A stretch of DNA of 64,000 bases, taken from Macrostomum lignano. Lineage: Eukaryota. The translations under genes were made by a program, and so were the position numbers. The stretch covers positions 62,001 through 126,000 of the forward strand of contig NIVC01000277.1 of the NCBI GenBank assembly GCA_002269645.1, in the 5' to 3' direction. Below, piece after piece: positions 45,850-58,900 of the stretch; position 1 is the stretch's first letter; the number at the start of each line of letters is the position of its first letter. The notes under the pieces are model-generated. The model worked only from the letters and a program-made list of their open reading frames with translations. It was not told the origin of the DNA and made no database searches.

Positions 45850-48234
45850 CCCCAAGACTGCGGATGGCCTGCTCTGCAGGTCATGGTCTCATATCTATGG
45901 TCTGCGGCTCAATTTGCTGCTGATATGTTAAAACATTTCTAACGAGTCTTAGTTTGCGGCTGTGGCCTGCAGAGCAGGCCATGAAAAAGTCGGTTGTTTT
46001 AAGTAACTTTTTTGTTCCTTTTAACATCTGATTTTTTCTATACTATGGCGCAACAGGGATACTAAACGAGTTATGAAGTGTGAATATATTTTCTCAACAG
46101 TCATTGGAACTGTGAATAAAAGTTCAAAGACATAGTGAAAAATTTACGAAAACAAGTAATACGAACAAGTTTAAAATGATAAGCGAGTAATTCAACAACG
46201 ACCAACAAACATCGATAACACCAAGTACGAGTAGCAGTCATAGGCATAACAGCAAGTGAGTCACAATTTAACAAATAGTTATAATTAATTTTGATTTTGA
46301 ATCTCCAAAGCAGGGCACAGCGCAAAGACCTGGATTTCCCTGGCAGTGATTGCAACAATAGACAGTTTTCTTGACTCGGCCACTCTTGTAACACTGTCTG
46401 CAACGCTTGGCTGGCCGAGCCTGGGCACCTGTTGGCCGGAGGCGCTTCAGGAGATGCTGCTGCCTATTGGGTCCTGTGCCAGGCTGTGCTTGAATTTGCC
46501 GGCTCCGTGCAGGTCCAGTAGTCTGGATGAAGCCCTTGATGGTTAATTCCAGGAACTTCAGGAAGTCGTACGAGCCGCCACGGGACTGGAACACAACCCA
46601 ACCGTTTCTGACAAGGACCAAGAAAAAGTGGGCCCCTAGCTTGGCAAACCACTTTTGTGTCCTTCTGTTTGGGCTGTATGGCTGTAGGCCAGAATCCAGT
46701 TTATCAACACCGCCCATAAAGCTATTGTACGATGTTGCTGTTAGAGGCTTGAGTTCTACAACTTCATCATTTCCTTGAATGATGCGGTGAACATGTTGAA
46801 TGGCGGCGGCATTTTTGGTGTCAATAAAATACACTGTCTTTGTACCAGATGCCTTTCTGACGACGTACTTCACAGCAAGTACACTGCCGCTTCGCATGAA
46901 GGCACAGCCTGGAGCGGGCACGGCCAGATCTCTCAGTTCAACGGGGACACCGCGGTTTGCACGCACTGTGCAGGTCAGCAGTGTGCCGTGACGCAGCAGG
47001 TAGTCTGCTAGGCGATGCGATCCGAACCAGCTGTCGCAAACGACATGGTAGCCAAGGTCCAGTACATATCGGCATGTCTCAACCAGCACCTTCTCGCTCA
47101 ACGAAAGTCCTTCACATCCCAGATCTTGACCAAACTTATCATTCTCGGCTCTGCTCGAATGCACAAGAAAGTTGCAAACATAACCTGTTTTTGCCTCACA
47201 CAAGCAATAAATTTTAATGCCATACCGCGCTTTCTTAGCTGGAATATATTGGCGGAACAGTACTCTTCCTCTGAACAGCACCAGTTCTTCGTCTACGCTT
47301 AGCTCCTTCTCTGGCATGTACACGTTCCGGCAGATCCGCGACACACAGTTGATGAAGGGCCTGGCCTTAGCCAGAGGATCAGCGGCGTCAAAGTTGGAGC
47401 AGTCATAGAAGCGTAGTAGACTGCTGATCTGCTGAAACCTGTCTCTTGGCAGACATGCTTGCTGCTGGAAGAATGGCGGAGAATAGAACTCGCTTTTAGA
47501 CCAATAGTGGGTCACTTCCGGTTTTTTTACTACTCCCATATAAAGTGACATTGCGACGAACTTTGTAATCTCATTTACAGTGACATCCTTCCAGCTGGAA
47601 AATCGCGATGGTAGCTGTTCATCCTGAAGATCTTCGAACTCGCGCCACGCTCGAGCATTCGTCCAGTCGCACAGCTTCTGTAGCAATTCGGGTGTCAGAA
47701 ACCTTCGGCTGAAAGCTACTGGATCTTCATCAGCGTTCTCGGGTTGCGGCAAATCCGGATTGACACCTGGCATGCCAAGGAACTCCGGGTCCTGGTTCGG
47801 CTTCTGATCTTGGCCAGGGTGGCATGCATGCCAAACATTGGTTGCACCCTGGGCAGCGGCTAAGCCTTCATGTACCTCTTGCATTTCCATGCCTCTTTGT
47901 TCGGTTTCGTCCTCATCATCAGTGAAAAAACTGTCGTCTCCTTCTTCAAACTCGGGATCAGTATCAGTATCAAAATGCTCCGCTTGAGCCATAATGACGA
48001 TAAATAGTGTTAAAAAAATTGAAAAGGACGTTAATAGAAACTGCTCTAGCTTAAAAACTGAGCCACAAGCTGTACAAATACAATCCAAAAGTTTCAAAGA
48101 CTAAATACTCAGTAGGAGCTGATACCGCAAACTAAAGACATGTCAGCCAAAGATTAAAAAATGTTCATGGCCTGCAGGGCAGGCCAAGCCGCAAACTGTG
48201 TCTATGGCATGAACTCATCAACGCAGTCTAGGGG
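45850..48234 (-). mobile_element. piggyBac DNA transposon, 2385 bp
   Basis: The TTAA TSD is at 45846-45849 and 48235-48238. The 13-bp TIR is CCCCAAGACTGCG / CCCCTAGACTGCG. An internal IR AGTTTGCGGCT..GGCCTGC...GCAGGCCATGAA is present at both ends. Confidence 0.96.
46268..47992 (-). CDS. piggyBac transposase, 574 aa from the Met at 47992
   Basis: Motifs are SVDEELVLFRGR, YIPAKKARYGIK, VCDSWFGS and YNSFMGGVDKLD. The C-terminal Cys-rich domain CRQC...CNHC...LC...CF lacks the usual final His. Confidence 0.93.
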   Translation of the reverse strand: MAQAEHFDTDTDPEFEEGDDSFFTDDEDETEQRGMEMQEVHEGLAAAQGATNVWHACHPGQDQKPNQDPEFLGMPGVNPDLPQPENADEDPVAFSRRFLTPELLQKLCDWTNARAWREFEDLQDEQLPSRFSSWKDVTVNEITKFVAMSLYMGVVKKPEVTHYWSKSEFYSPPFFQQQACLPRDRFQQISSLLRFYDCSNFDAADPLAKARPFINCVSRICRNVYMPEKELSVDEELVLFRGRVLFRQYIPAKKARYGIKIYCLCEAKTGYVCNFLVHSSRAENDKFGQDLGCEGLSLSEKVLVETCRYVLDLGYHVVCDSWFGSHRLADYLLRHGTLLTCTVRANRGVPVELRDLAVPAPGCAFMRSGSVLAVKYVVRKASGTKTVYFIDTKNAAAIQHVHRIIQGNDEVVELKPLTATSYNSFMGGVDKLDSGLQPYSPNRRTQKWFAKLGAHFFLVLVRNGWVVFQSRGGSYDFLKFLELTIKGFIQTTGPARSRQIQAQPGTGPNRQQHLLKRLRPTGAQARPAKRCRQCYKSGRVKKTVYCCNHCQGNPGLCAVPCFGDSKSKLIITIC

Positions 48235-48961
48235 TTAAACTAGATTTTTTGCCCCCAAACGCCTTTTGCGCCCCTAAGCTTGATTTTCTGCCCCTAGCTA
48301 CACGCATTTTTTGCGCCCCCTACATGTAGCTTAAAAAGCGCTCCTTATACTCGTGTTGGCGCCCCAAACTTGGACCCCCCCCCCAAAATGAAACTCTAGA
48401 TCCGTCACTGCCTCCATTCCATAGCCTTAAGTTGACATGATCGAGATCCCCATTTTATCCCCTTTATCCCCTGTGACCTCAAGGAAGGGACTCGGATGGG
48501 ATGTCTCGGCGATTCTAGTCGCCCAGGCCGACAAGTTATCGATTGCAGTCGGTTTGGTCCGAAGTTGAACTTCGGGCTCCATTCTGGCATGGTGCTTAAG
48601 TTGACATCCCCTTTGTATCCCCCAGCCTATACTCTAGGTGCACTTGTCGAATTTACACCTGATCAACCTGCTGCCAGTAAAGATTATGCAAGTAAACCGG
48701 CTGTCCTTGCAGCTTATAACTAATCAAAACTATACGCGAGCCGCTGAGCAGTGTGGCCCTGAACGTCTGTACATTAAAATCACCATCAATCTAGTATTGG
48801 AGTCTGCAAGGCTCTGATGCTGGAGTTTCCTAGCTTTATACTCCACAACTGGAGTTATGCTAAAATGTACTTCTTTCCGAGCCATACTGTACCCCAAAAC
48901 GATGGATTTTGCGCATAAAATTTTACTCGATATTAGGTAAAGAAATTCTGCAACAGCTGTA

Positions 48962-49851
48962 CGAGAGGTGATCAAAAAGTTTGCAACCTCTTGTCATAAC
49001 TTTTCACTATGGAATCGGCAAAAGCCAAAAACTTATACATATGTGGCTATATCTGTATGCTATATTTATATGCATTTTTGACTTCAAATGTTCCTCAGTC
49101 AAATTTAACAGCCATATATTTTCCATGTGTTTTCAGCAGCTGATGGAACCATTAAAAGACAGTGTTCGCTTCTTATATCTGGATGTCATCACAGGAGACG
49201 AATGTTGGATCTCCTTCTTTACCATGAATTGGATAAGCAGTCCAACATGGTCTAGCTGGCAGAAGATGAGCCAAGGCCTGAGGTGCTGAAGACTTGATTC
49301 TGCAGTTGGAGGTGGATGTTCACCATTTTTTCAACTCTTGAGGGTGTTGTCGTATCAGTGAACATTCTTCCAGCGGGTGCCACAGTGACTGCCAGGTACT
49401 ACACAGACACTGTTCTGCCAGGCGTGCTGCAAGAGCGGCAGGAACGTGCGCGAATCAGGCATGGACCTCGACTCCTGCTGCACCATGACAATGCGGCATC
49501 GCACAGAGCGGCCTCAACCATGGCGTACCTGGAGCAGCAGGGGGTCCAGCTGCTGCACCATCCACCCTGACTCTCTCCAGACCTAGCACCCCTGTGACTG
49601 TTGGCTGTTCCCGAGGATCAAATCCGTCATTTCTGGGAGGCCATTTTCACGCATACAAGACCTTACCCAAGTGGTGCATTCAGCTACATAGGGTATACCA
49701 ACTTCGGAGTACCATGACTGCTTTCAGACATGGTGCACACGCATGCGACGGTGCATGGTGGTGGAAAGTACTTTGAGGGAATGTGACACTGATTAGACGG
49801 CTTTGGCTGCTGTAGCACTGAGTTGTGAGATCACTTTTTGATCACCCCTCG
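48962..49851 (+). mobile_element. Degenerate mariner (DD34D-type) element, 890 bp, N-terminal half deleted
   Basis: The TIR is CGAGAGGTGATCAAAAAGT / reverse complement CGAGGGGTGATCAAAAAGT, with TA on both sides (48960-48961, 49852-49853). Motifs are ITGDECW, HHDNAASH and HPP*LSPDLAP. Confidence 0.9.
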
Positions 49852-50971
49852 TACTTTACCGCTTGTCAAAATATTGAGTGAATTTCCAAGTGCTCTTCAA
49901 ATCAGCGTAAATACGCTCGTATATACGGTATTTAGTCCAGTCCACGGGGCCGCTCGACTAGTCAGCTCAATCCACTCCACGGCTGTGTGGATCCACTTGA
50001 CTAGTCGGGTAATTTTTCTGTAGTGAACTATCCGACTAGTCGAGAGCCGTTAGGTGCACACTGCACAGTACATGTATTGTACTGTACGATTACGTAGCAC
50101 ATGCTCGTCGCTCACACAGAAGTGCATATAAAAGATCTTCCCGGACTTTCGCATCGTCAGCTGGCATTGTGCACTCACCCTTGCCTTTGAGATTGGACTT
50201 GATCTAGGGCGCAAATTACATGTACACCCCAAATTAATGTGGCTAGCCGCGGATCCGCTATACGAGCGTACGAGCCCCCCCCCCCATTTACCGCCATGAT
50301 GACTGTATGGGCTCGGTTCGTGGGCTCACTTTAAGTTATACTTAAAGGTTTTTATAGTAACATATTGTAATGATCATTGAACATGACTGCGGCCGACTAC
50401 ACACATTTTATGCTTCTACAATCTACACTCACTCTTACGAAATTGGCACAAAAGCTACGAGCGCACAAGTGCAAATGTAAACTATAGAATTCAAATAAAA
50501 AAATATTGAAGCCGGTCACATTGTCATAATTGACACAACTAAGCCACAGAAACTCGCCATCGAAATTGATGTCTGGGAATTTATTTCGTTAGCATTGTAC
50601 ATGCACATAATAAGCATAATTATAATTATTACACAATGCACGATACGTTAATCTAAAATGTTATTACGAGCCGTATTATACAACAAACTTCATTTCAAGT
50701 CACGTCGACTACGCTTTAAATACTATTATATTTCAGCAGTAATATTCAAATTCAAATTAAAACGTAAAATCCAGCACTTTCTGTATATGCTGTACGAGTA
50801 CACACAAACATTTCTGCGACGGGCAAGGTCGAGCAGAACTTTTTGCTTGCTTCTTCGATAGGTTTTTGCTTTGGATAAAGTTCTTACTTTAAGACCAGCC
50901 AAATGTAAATTCAACATCGCATTTAATATAAACGCGATAGACCTGATTTGAATTAAACAGAGCGACTCAGT

Positions 50972-53900
50972 TCAGTCGTCACCGCCATAGTCTGATTCCG
51001 AAGACGAAGTCGTACACTCGGAAGCACTGAGGTATTCGCAGTCGGGTGCGAGAATCGACTGTGGCGGATTGCAGAGCACTTGCTGCTCGGCACCAATGCG
51101 CTGAACTTCTTCAGCCAAACGGACGGACAAAACGAAAACGTCAATAACAGCAAGCTGGACCGACACAGGAAACGGTCGGGCAAAGTAACAGTCGAGGCGA
51201 TCGTAGACGGAAGACGATGCGTCCTCGAGGAGATTCAACGGATATTGGCTGCCGTTGGACAAAAGCAGTCGCTTCACTTCGCGGTTAATTTCGTCCACCT
51301 TCCTGGTTAGCAGCCGACTTCGGTGGGAGCCTGAGCATTTGTAAGCAACGATAAGGCTACTTGTTTTTGTCTGGCAGTGGTTATGAAAAAACTTTTTGTC
51401 CAATCCGTCTGAATACTCTACCAGGGAAGGTCGTATACAAAAGAGAAATGCGGTATATACCCATACTTTTTATACTTTTGACTATCCTATGGCAACTAAA
51501 CTTTTAGACAATGAAGTTGATAAAGCATTACTATACCAATGCAACGGTTCAGTTCGTTCAAAGTCTGCCTCTTCTCTACTGCCAGCCGACGTGTCTTCTG
51601 AAGCCAATCGTCACTTCACGATCGGCATCTTCACGAAGCCACTGCTCGCCCAGTTGCAGTAACTGCTGAGTTGTAAAGCCTGAGGAGTCAAACCAATGAG
51701 TTAATTGCTATTTGTAACACTAGACAAGTGAAAACGAGTGAGTGAAGTGAAAGAGTTTACTTACCCGGCTGAGGCACCAGCTGATTAGCCTGGCTGGCAC
51801 GTTGAACGATGAGCTCCTCCTTTTTGGAGAGAAGCTTTCGTCTGGCCTGTAGACAGGAGTCTGAAATAGAGAATGTGGAAGGGCAGTAACTATCAAGTTC
51901 AACAGTGAAATGATATATGATATCAGTAGTATCAGTAAATAAAATCAGTACCTAACTGTGAGCACTAAAAATAAAATTAACGATTATAATACTATTATTG
52001 TCTATTCACTTACCGGGATTCAGGCGCAGATGGTACAGTCCAATTATATGTGCGATGAGTCGAGTCCGCCTGTCGATGCGCATTTATTTAAGAATGCGCC
52101 CAAATGGTCTCAGAAGTGAAAAAATCCGCTCGCAGATTTCACCGTCGGTGATGCCCGTTCCAGACGTAACGCGGATGGAGTTGTTCAACTGATATGAAAA
52201 CGAAATTTCAACGAAGTGGTCTCTAACGTATTGCTACATGGTATTTGTATACACAATTGCAGTAAGCACGAAGATAATAATTTACACATAGTTATCATGC
52301 AATAAGTGCTTGTGGCAGGCCAACTGTCCCCTATAAAATAAATAGTAGGAGTACCAAGGGGGATTCAACCTGGAATGTTAAGGCTAGGCTGTTTTTTCTG
52401 CGCCACGACTGAGCAACGCAGACACACGAAATTCAATAACAGAACTTTCTGTTGCGCACCTTATAAAAAACTATGTCGCCACCTTCCAGGCTGTTGACAT
52501 ATTTCATGATTCTGACAAGGTCGAAAGGGCTTGATATAACCAGTGTTAAACATTTAAAGGAAATTCCATGCATGGCTGATACTATTTACCCGACATTTTG
52601 ACTCATGTCCGTAGGCATGAAAAATGGGCACCGCTAGTTTAGCCTTCACTTGGTTGCCCAGCTTGCACGCGACGTCGTAGACAAAGGTAATAGACTCTTC
52701 TGAAACTCCAATACGCTGAACCGCCGATTGGAGAAGAGTCTTTGGGTAGATCAGACTGAAATGCGACAGGGATGGTATTGAGACGGTGTATCAAAATATC
52801 TCAAGTCTTAAACAAGAGCCTCTCTGTTTGTCTGTTAAAGTTTCAGTTAATTTTTTACACTTACCGCTCCCCAGGAGTGCGAACGTCAGAGCACGCCCAA
52901 ATGAAGCCGTGGCGGCAGGCAATAATGAAGAAGCCGTTGATGTCCAGCTTCTTGGAGCTTCTACACGCTCGGGAGAGCTCGCCTGCCGTCCAGTTAGAAC
53001 AAGCTCCAGGGGTGGGCGCGATCTGCGATGAGATATCGACGTTTGAAAATGGAAATGGCAGGCCTCCGCTGCTAGGCTCCGTAATCAAACCCGAAGCAAC
53101 GGAGGCTCTTCGCCTCCAGCCCATTAGAGCGTCTCCGTGTAAGATGGGACCCTGTTAAAATATTTTTATAGTAAAGCACAAACGTTTAGGAAAGAAAACA
53201 TGCATACATGTATCGGGTATATATTTACAAGCAATGCTCAATCACTTACCAAATCTCCACTGCCAGTGGTGCAAAGAGCGCACGTGGTGGGAAATTTTGC
53301 GACTGTAGAAATGAATTCTCGAAATTTTCCCATCGTATTGTAGCGAAGAAGGTCATGGTAGAGATCCCTCTGTGTAGGCGTAATTATGATGGAAAAATAA
53401 TAATTTATGTCAACGATTGCCGCTAACCCCAAACCTAACTCTCAAAGCAACCGATCAAGCAAATATATTATAGATGTCTGCGCAACCGTTTGTATTTTCT
53501 TAAAGACACATATAGCTCGAAGTATAAACACAGACAGTAATATAAGCTTACCTCGCAACGCTGGCTGAGAAACAACAGTCTGTTTTGGATGACACAGCAA
53601 GCTTTCTGGAGGGAAGTTATTCCGTTCACCATTATGGAGTCTATGTTGTAGAGCAGCTCGAATGAGGCAAACGTAGCGCCTAAAGCAGAGACAGGAAAAA
53701 ATGACTTCGACATCAGATACAGTCGGACGTGTAGGTCACTGCATGCATTGACGTGCGCTGAATGATAGCCTGCAAATGAACAGAAATAATGTAAGGACAC
53801 CCTCCAGTAAATTATTCTTGAGTAGTCCTATGACAAGAGGTCATGGAAACATTTCTCATAATGGTATAGTCCCTTATAGTCGGGGAAAGCCACAAAATAG

Positions 53901-54450
53901 ACTTTTACAAAAGGACACAAAACACTTTACTACCGATGGTTACAAGTAAGAGGTTAACAGTTAATCCCCAATGTTTAGGAAATGCTTCCAACAGAAAGAG
54001 TAAAAAATGCCTACCTCCATATGAATCAATGAGCTGCACATTGATATCTCGTGACTCTGGTGAACAGCCACACTTTAGGTGGACATCACGAGGAAAAAAG
54101 GCGTGATTCTAAAAGCCGATAGCCAATATTTAATTTCAGATACTAATAGAAAATATGACACAAGGAGCACCGCATCCCAAAAAATATTACACTCGCCTCT
54201 GAGACAGTGTGCACGAGACCCATGTGGCGAATTTCAACACAGATGGCGCAGAAAAACGACGCGCATTGTGCACAGTGGATCGTAGAAGTCTTTGAGCATC
54301 CAGCACAAGGGCCACTACGTACCGCTTGTCCTCCCAAACTTGGGACTCTGGCTCAAAATTTTCATCCACAGAGTCATAAGAAGTTGCCTCAGCAGGCTTG
54401 GCTTCAGATGAACCCGCAACAGAATGTTTCGGAGCATGCGCGTGAGAAGC
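50972..54450 (-). pseudogene. Multi-exon KDZ/Zisupton-type transposase pseudogene with N-terminal Zn-finger and CxC domains
   Basis: Exons 53552-53769, 53250-53369, 52865-53151, 52590-52755, 52014-52188 and 51765-51860, plus the exon starting at 51679, splice in phase. They give FFPVS...FASFELL, CALC...HGDA, LDINGFFIIACRHG...D...GER, YDVAC, AVPIFHAYGH...C and GTGITDGEICERIFSLL. An in-frame TAA lies near 52070. Exon about 54190-54450 has C..C...C..C...C..C....H....H. Confidence 0.88.
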
Positions 54451-54544
54451 AGTTTTAAAGCTTAACTTAGCTTAGCTTGCGTTTTGCGACCATTTATTCG
54501 GACGCAAAGATTTTTTTGATTGCGACCCTGAAAAATTAAATACG

Positions 54545-54848
54545 AGATGGGTAGAGCCACTGTGGGATAAACCAAGCTACTGATGGCTACTCAGGGAAAC
54601 GCTGGTCCACGGTCGGATGGGCTTGGCTATTAAGAATGGGCTGGGCTACTGAGGGATAAGCTGGGCTACAAAGAAATGGTTACTTTGGGATAGGCTGGGC
54701 TATTGTGAGGGGCAGGACTACTGTAGTATATGCTGAGCTATTGTGAGAGGCTGGGCTACTGTAGAATATGCTGAGCTATTGTCAGAGGCTAGGCTACTGT
54801 AGAATATGCTGAGCTATTGTGAGAGGCTGGGCTACTGTAGAAGAATAT
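54545..54848. repeat. Degenerate GGCTACT/GCTATT tandem repeat (about 38-bp unit); a related tract is at 61800-61960
   Basis: GGGCTACTGTAGAATATGCTGAGCTATTGTGAGAGGCT is repeated. Confidence 0.75.
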
Positions 54849-55488
54849 GCTCCACCACAGACCATATAGAATATAGACCAGTAAAGTGAAGAAAAAAGTG
54901 GGCCATTTCCCCCATAAGAAACTGGTCCCTCTCATCCACCCCAGCTCGATCGATATGTGGTACAGGGCGGGCCTCTTTTCCATTGTGCTCCTATTGGACA
55001 CATGCAATTAAGATACATTTTTTCTTATTTTTCACATAAAACGCCACGAATATCAAATACATAAAAAGTAATTAAATTTAAGTTGCTAACCCCGAAATGT
55101 TCTTCAAAGTCCAAGCTCTCACAGATAAAGAAAAATTGATGTGCGCAGAAGCTTCTGTCTCCTTCCTGCCTTTCTTAATAAGTGCGACATGTCTTTCCCA
55201 ATTTTCTTTATGCGAATTCTGATGTAAAAAATCATAACTTTCATCAAATGCAGCTTGTGTGACTCAATACCTCTGCTAACAGCTGCTGAATGCAAATCTA
55301 ATTCAGAGAATAGCGCGCTGGACATTCTTAAAGTCTCATGAACAGCGATTGAGCTTGAAAAACAGCTATCAAAGCTGGAGCGGCGAATAATCGTTTCGGC
55401 GTTCATCAGAATACGAAGCCACATCTAGAGTCGGGAAAATAAGTCAACCAAGTCCTTCTTCTATCTTCTATCTATCTTCTTCTTCTAA

Positions 55489-55845
55489 TCTAAATATACT
55501 AAATCTCTAATATTTGTTTGTTTGTTTGTATGCTTGAATGTCCATAACGCTCTAGAGACTGCAATTCTTCACCAATTTTGATCGCGTTTTCACCAAAAGA
55601 TTCAAAATTGTCTGGAAAGAAGACAGTTAAAATTTCTTGTATCTGCTTTAATGCTAAAGGGATTAAATATTCGAAAAACTGTTTTAAATGGCCTTTTTCA
55701 ATGCAAATTTTATCAGCGAGAAACTTCACTGCCAATTTTAATTGATTGCGCCAGAGCGAACTGATAAGAAAACTCACTGGGCCCCACTTAAAGGGGGGCA
55801 ATAAAAAATTATTCTGGCTGCTGGCAGCCAGCTCTAATTAGCTAG
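55489..55845 (+). mobile_element. Complete short non-autonomous Helitron, 357 bp
   Basis: It runs A|TC...CTAG|T, with an 8-bp-stem hairpin at 55814-55831 ending 10 nt before the CTAG. Confidence 0.92.
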
Positions 55846-55936
55846 TAATTACTCTATTTAAATTGCGCAACCATACCAGGGGTCAAAAAATAAAATTATT
55901 CTGAAGGCTAGCAGCGAGCTCTTTAAGCGTCAAAGA

Positions 55937-58900
55937 TCTATTTTTCGTAACGCTTTACAGACTGCAATTCTTGACCAATTTTGATCGCGTTTTCGCCAAA
56001 AGTTTTGTAATTATCTGGAAAGAGGACAGCTAAAATTTCTTTAATCTGCTTCAATGCTCAAGGTATTAAATATTCGAAAAACAAGTTTATCTAAATGCTT
56101 TTAATGGAAGGCCAAGCAGCGTTGAATTCTTGACTGGCTGAATTCCAATGCTAAATGATTGCGCCACAACTGCGTACTGCATATTCTCGCTATAAACTGA
56201 CTCTGAGCTTTTCAGCAGGAGGCAGTGTGCCAAGCATTGCGCAGGCACTCTGGAGGGAGAGAGAAATCAGCCAGTGCATTTTAAAAGTATTGAAATTGAG
56301 AGATTTACTTAACTGTGCAATGGCTCTGCCAGCACCAAAACTGTGCACACTGCTATGTATTTGACTGCAGTGCCGAAGCATATATGTCTGATTTTTGCGC
56401 CCTTCCATCAGTAGGCGGAATAGCCGCAGTGTAGGCACTAGGACTAGGTTTAGGCTAGGCGTAAGGTCCAAGGTTCGAGTCCGCCTCCCCGGTGGATAAT
56501 TAAAATAAGTAAATTCATTCATTTGTAGCTTGTGACTCGACTAAATTTAACATATTTTTACTAATTTTAATTGCAAATTTTTTTATTAATTAGCAAATAA
56601 TTTTTTGCTACTTGGCACAAGCCACTTATCAAATTTGATTTAAAAAAACTGCTTCGTGTATTACTGATCCCATCAACGAGTACTGCCTCGCACCATGAAA
56701 GTATGGAATTGCTATTAAACTGCAGACCATGCTGTTAAAATTGCTTTTTAAGGTATTGCTAAATTTTGAGCTTTTTAAGAATGCCGATATGTACTGAAAA
56801 TTGTTTAGTGAGCCGTAAAATGCTGAGCACATTTTTAGATTATTGGAAGATTGGAAGATTATTGGAAAGGAGAACAGAAGATGCTGAGGGGAACTGCAGA
56901 TTGTCAAAGGGATCATTAATGCAGACTGCAAAGGGAAAAATGGAACAAACTGCTGAGGTAGTTCCTCCACACTTTTGAGTGCATAACAGCAAACTGTTGA
57001 GGGGATTACTATCTACAGAGTTTAAAGTGGATAATAGCTGTGAATAATTAAGTGCAAGTTGTTGAGTGGATAACTGCGGACTGCTGAGTGAATTATTGTA
57101 GTTTGCTGATGTTAATGAAAGTTGTAGACGGCACAGTGGATATCTGCAGGCTGCTAAGAGTATGACTGCAGTCTGTTTGTGGGATTAGAAGTGATAGCTA
57201 ATTTCAGGATGTTGTGGAGATAACTGCCGATTTCTGGGGGGGGGTAACTTCAAACTGCCGAAGTTACTAAACTTCTTGAATTTAGTTTAAATCTTGAATC
57301 TTGAATTAGAAGTTTTAGTAACTGCCGAAGTTACTAAACTTCTTGAATAGTATAAGGCTTTCAGCAGAAGGTCGGCAGTTCGAGTCTGTAGTGAAGCAGC
57401 GAATTTATCTTTGTGACAATAATCATTGTTTCCTATGAGGATTCATGCAAATTGTTAGCATTTTCATTTTGTAGATACTTTTGCTGGGGCTACGCTAAGC
57501 TTTAAGAGCAGCGCTAATCGGGGAGAGCAGTGCTAATCGGATGTATAAAATAAAATAATAAATATGTAGGGGGTTAAAAATCAACTTTAACCTGCAAGTT
57601 GACAAAGCATTTCATATGGTTTCGATTATCCAGAAGCAATATGGCAATAAGCAAAGATTAGTGGCCATCTGCTCACTGATTGTGCAAAACAGTGCTGGTG
57701 AATCATTGCTAAACTGCTGGTGAAGCATTGTTAAACTGCTGGTGAAGCATTGCTAAACTGCTGGTGAACCAGTGCTGAAATGCTGGTGAACCATTGCTAA
57801 ACTGCTGGTGAAGCATTGTTAAACTACTGGTGAAGCATTACTGAAATGCTGGTGAACCATAGCTAATGCAAACTGCTGGTGAAGCATTGCTAAACTGCTG
57901 GTGAACCATTGTTGAAATGCTGGTAAAGCATTGCTGAATGCTGGTGAACCATTGCTGAAATGCTGGTGAAGCATTGCTAAACTGCTGGAGAACAATTGCT
58001 GAAATGCTGGTGAACCATTGCTGAAATGCTGGTGAACCATTGCTAAAACTGCTGGTGAAGCATTGCTAAACTGCTGGTGAACCATTGTTGAAATGCTGGT
58101 GAACCATTGTTGAAATGCTGGTGAACCATAGCTAATGCAAACTGCTGGTGAAGCATTGCTAAACTGCTGGTGAACCATTGCTGAAATGCTTGTGAACCAT
58201 TTCTGAAATGCTGGTGAAGCTTTGCTAAACTGCTGGTGAACCATTGCTAAACTTCTGGTGAACAATTGCTAAACTGCTGGTGAACCATTGCTAAAATGCT
58301 GGTAAACCATTGCTAAACTGCAGAAAGCTATGGTAAAATATTGTAATTTTTTATTAAAAACTTTTAAAGAGAAAAAAACGCAACGCAAGAAAAAGCGAAC
58401 AAGAATCATCATATCAATCATAAATGAAGCGCCCTGTCGAACGTAAAAGTCTCATCGGGAATTGCTTAGACTGTTAAGACTGCTAAGACTATTGCTACGA
58501 GCATAATGCTGGTATGGGAAATTGCTGTGATATCAAGACTCTCGGTAGAATTTATAAGATCTCAAGGCTCAGAGGGAATTGCTATAATTATGTCATTCTG
58601 GGGAGAATTGCTTTGATTTCAAGTTTCATTTGTGAAATTGCTGAAATAAATTGTTGAAATGCAAGTGCCAAGATATCAAAAGGTTAGTCACTCAATTTTC
58701 AGGCTCATGGGGAAATTGCTAACATTTCCAAAGCTCATTGGGGAATTGCTGAAATTCTACTACAAGGGTTATGGTTTTGGTTCAATTATAGAGCGATCGT
58801 CGTGACAATCATTAATGATCCATCGAGGAGTTGCTAAGATTAAATGCTCTTGGGGGGGAACTTAAATGCTTTGGCTCTACTACGGGGAATTGCTGACAGG

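Noticed and set aside
49943-50048. Tiny MITE bounded by CTCGACTAGTC inverted repeats
   Set aside because: The inverted repeat is short, there is no clear TSD and only one copy is present.
56412-56492. Functional tRNA gene
   Set aside because: No convincing anticodon arm or acceptor stem pairing; kept only as a SINE-like promoter.
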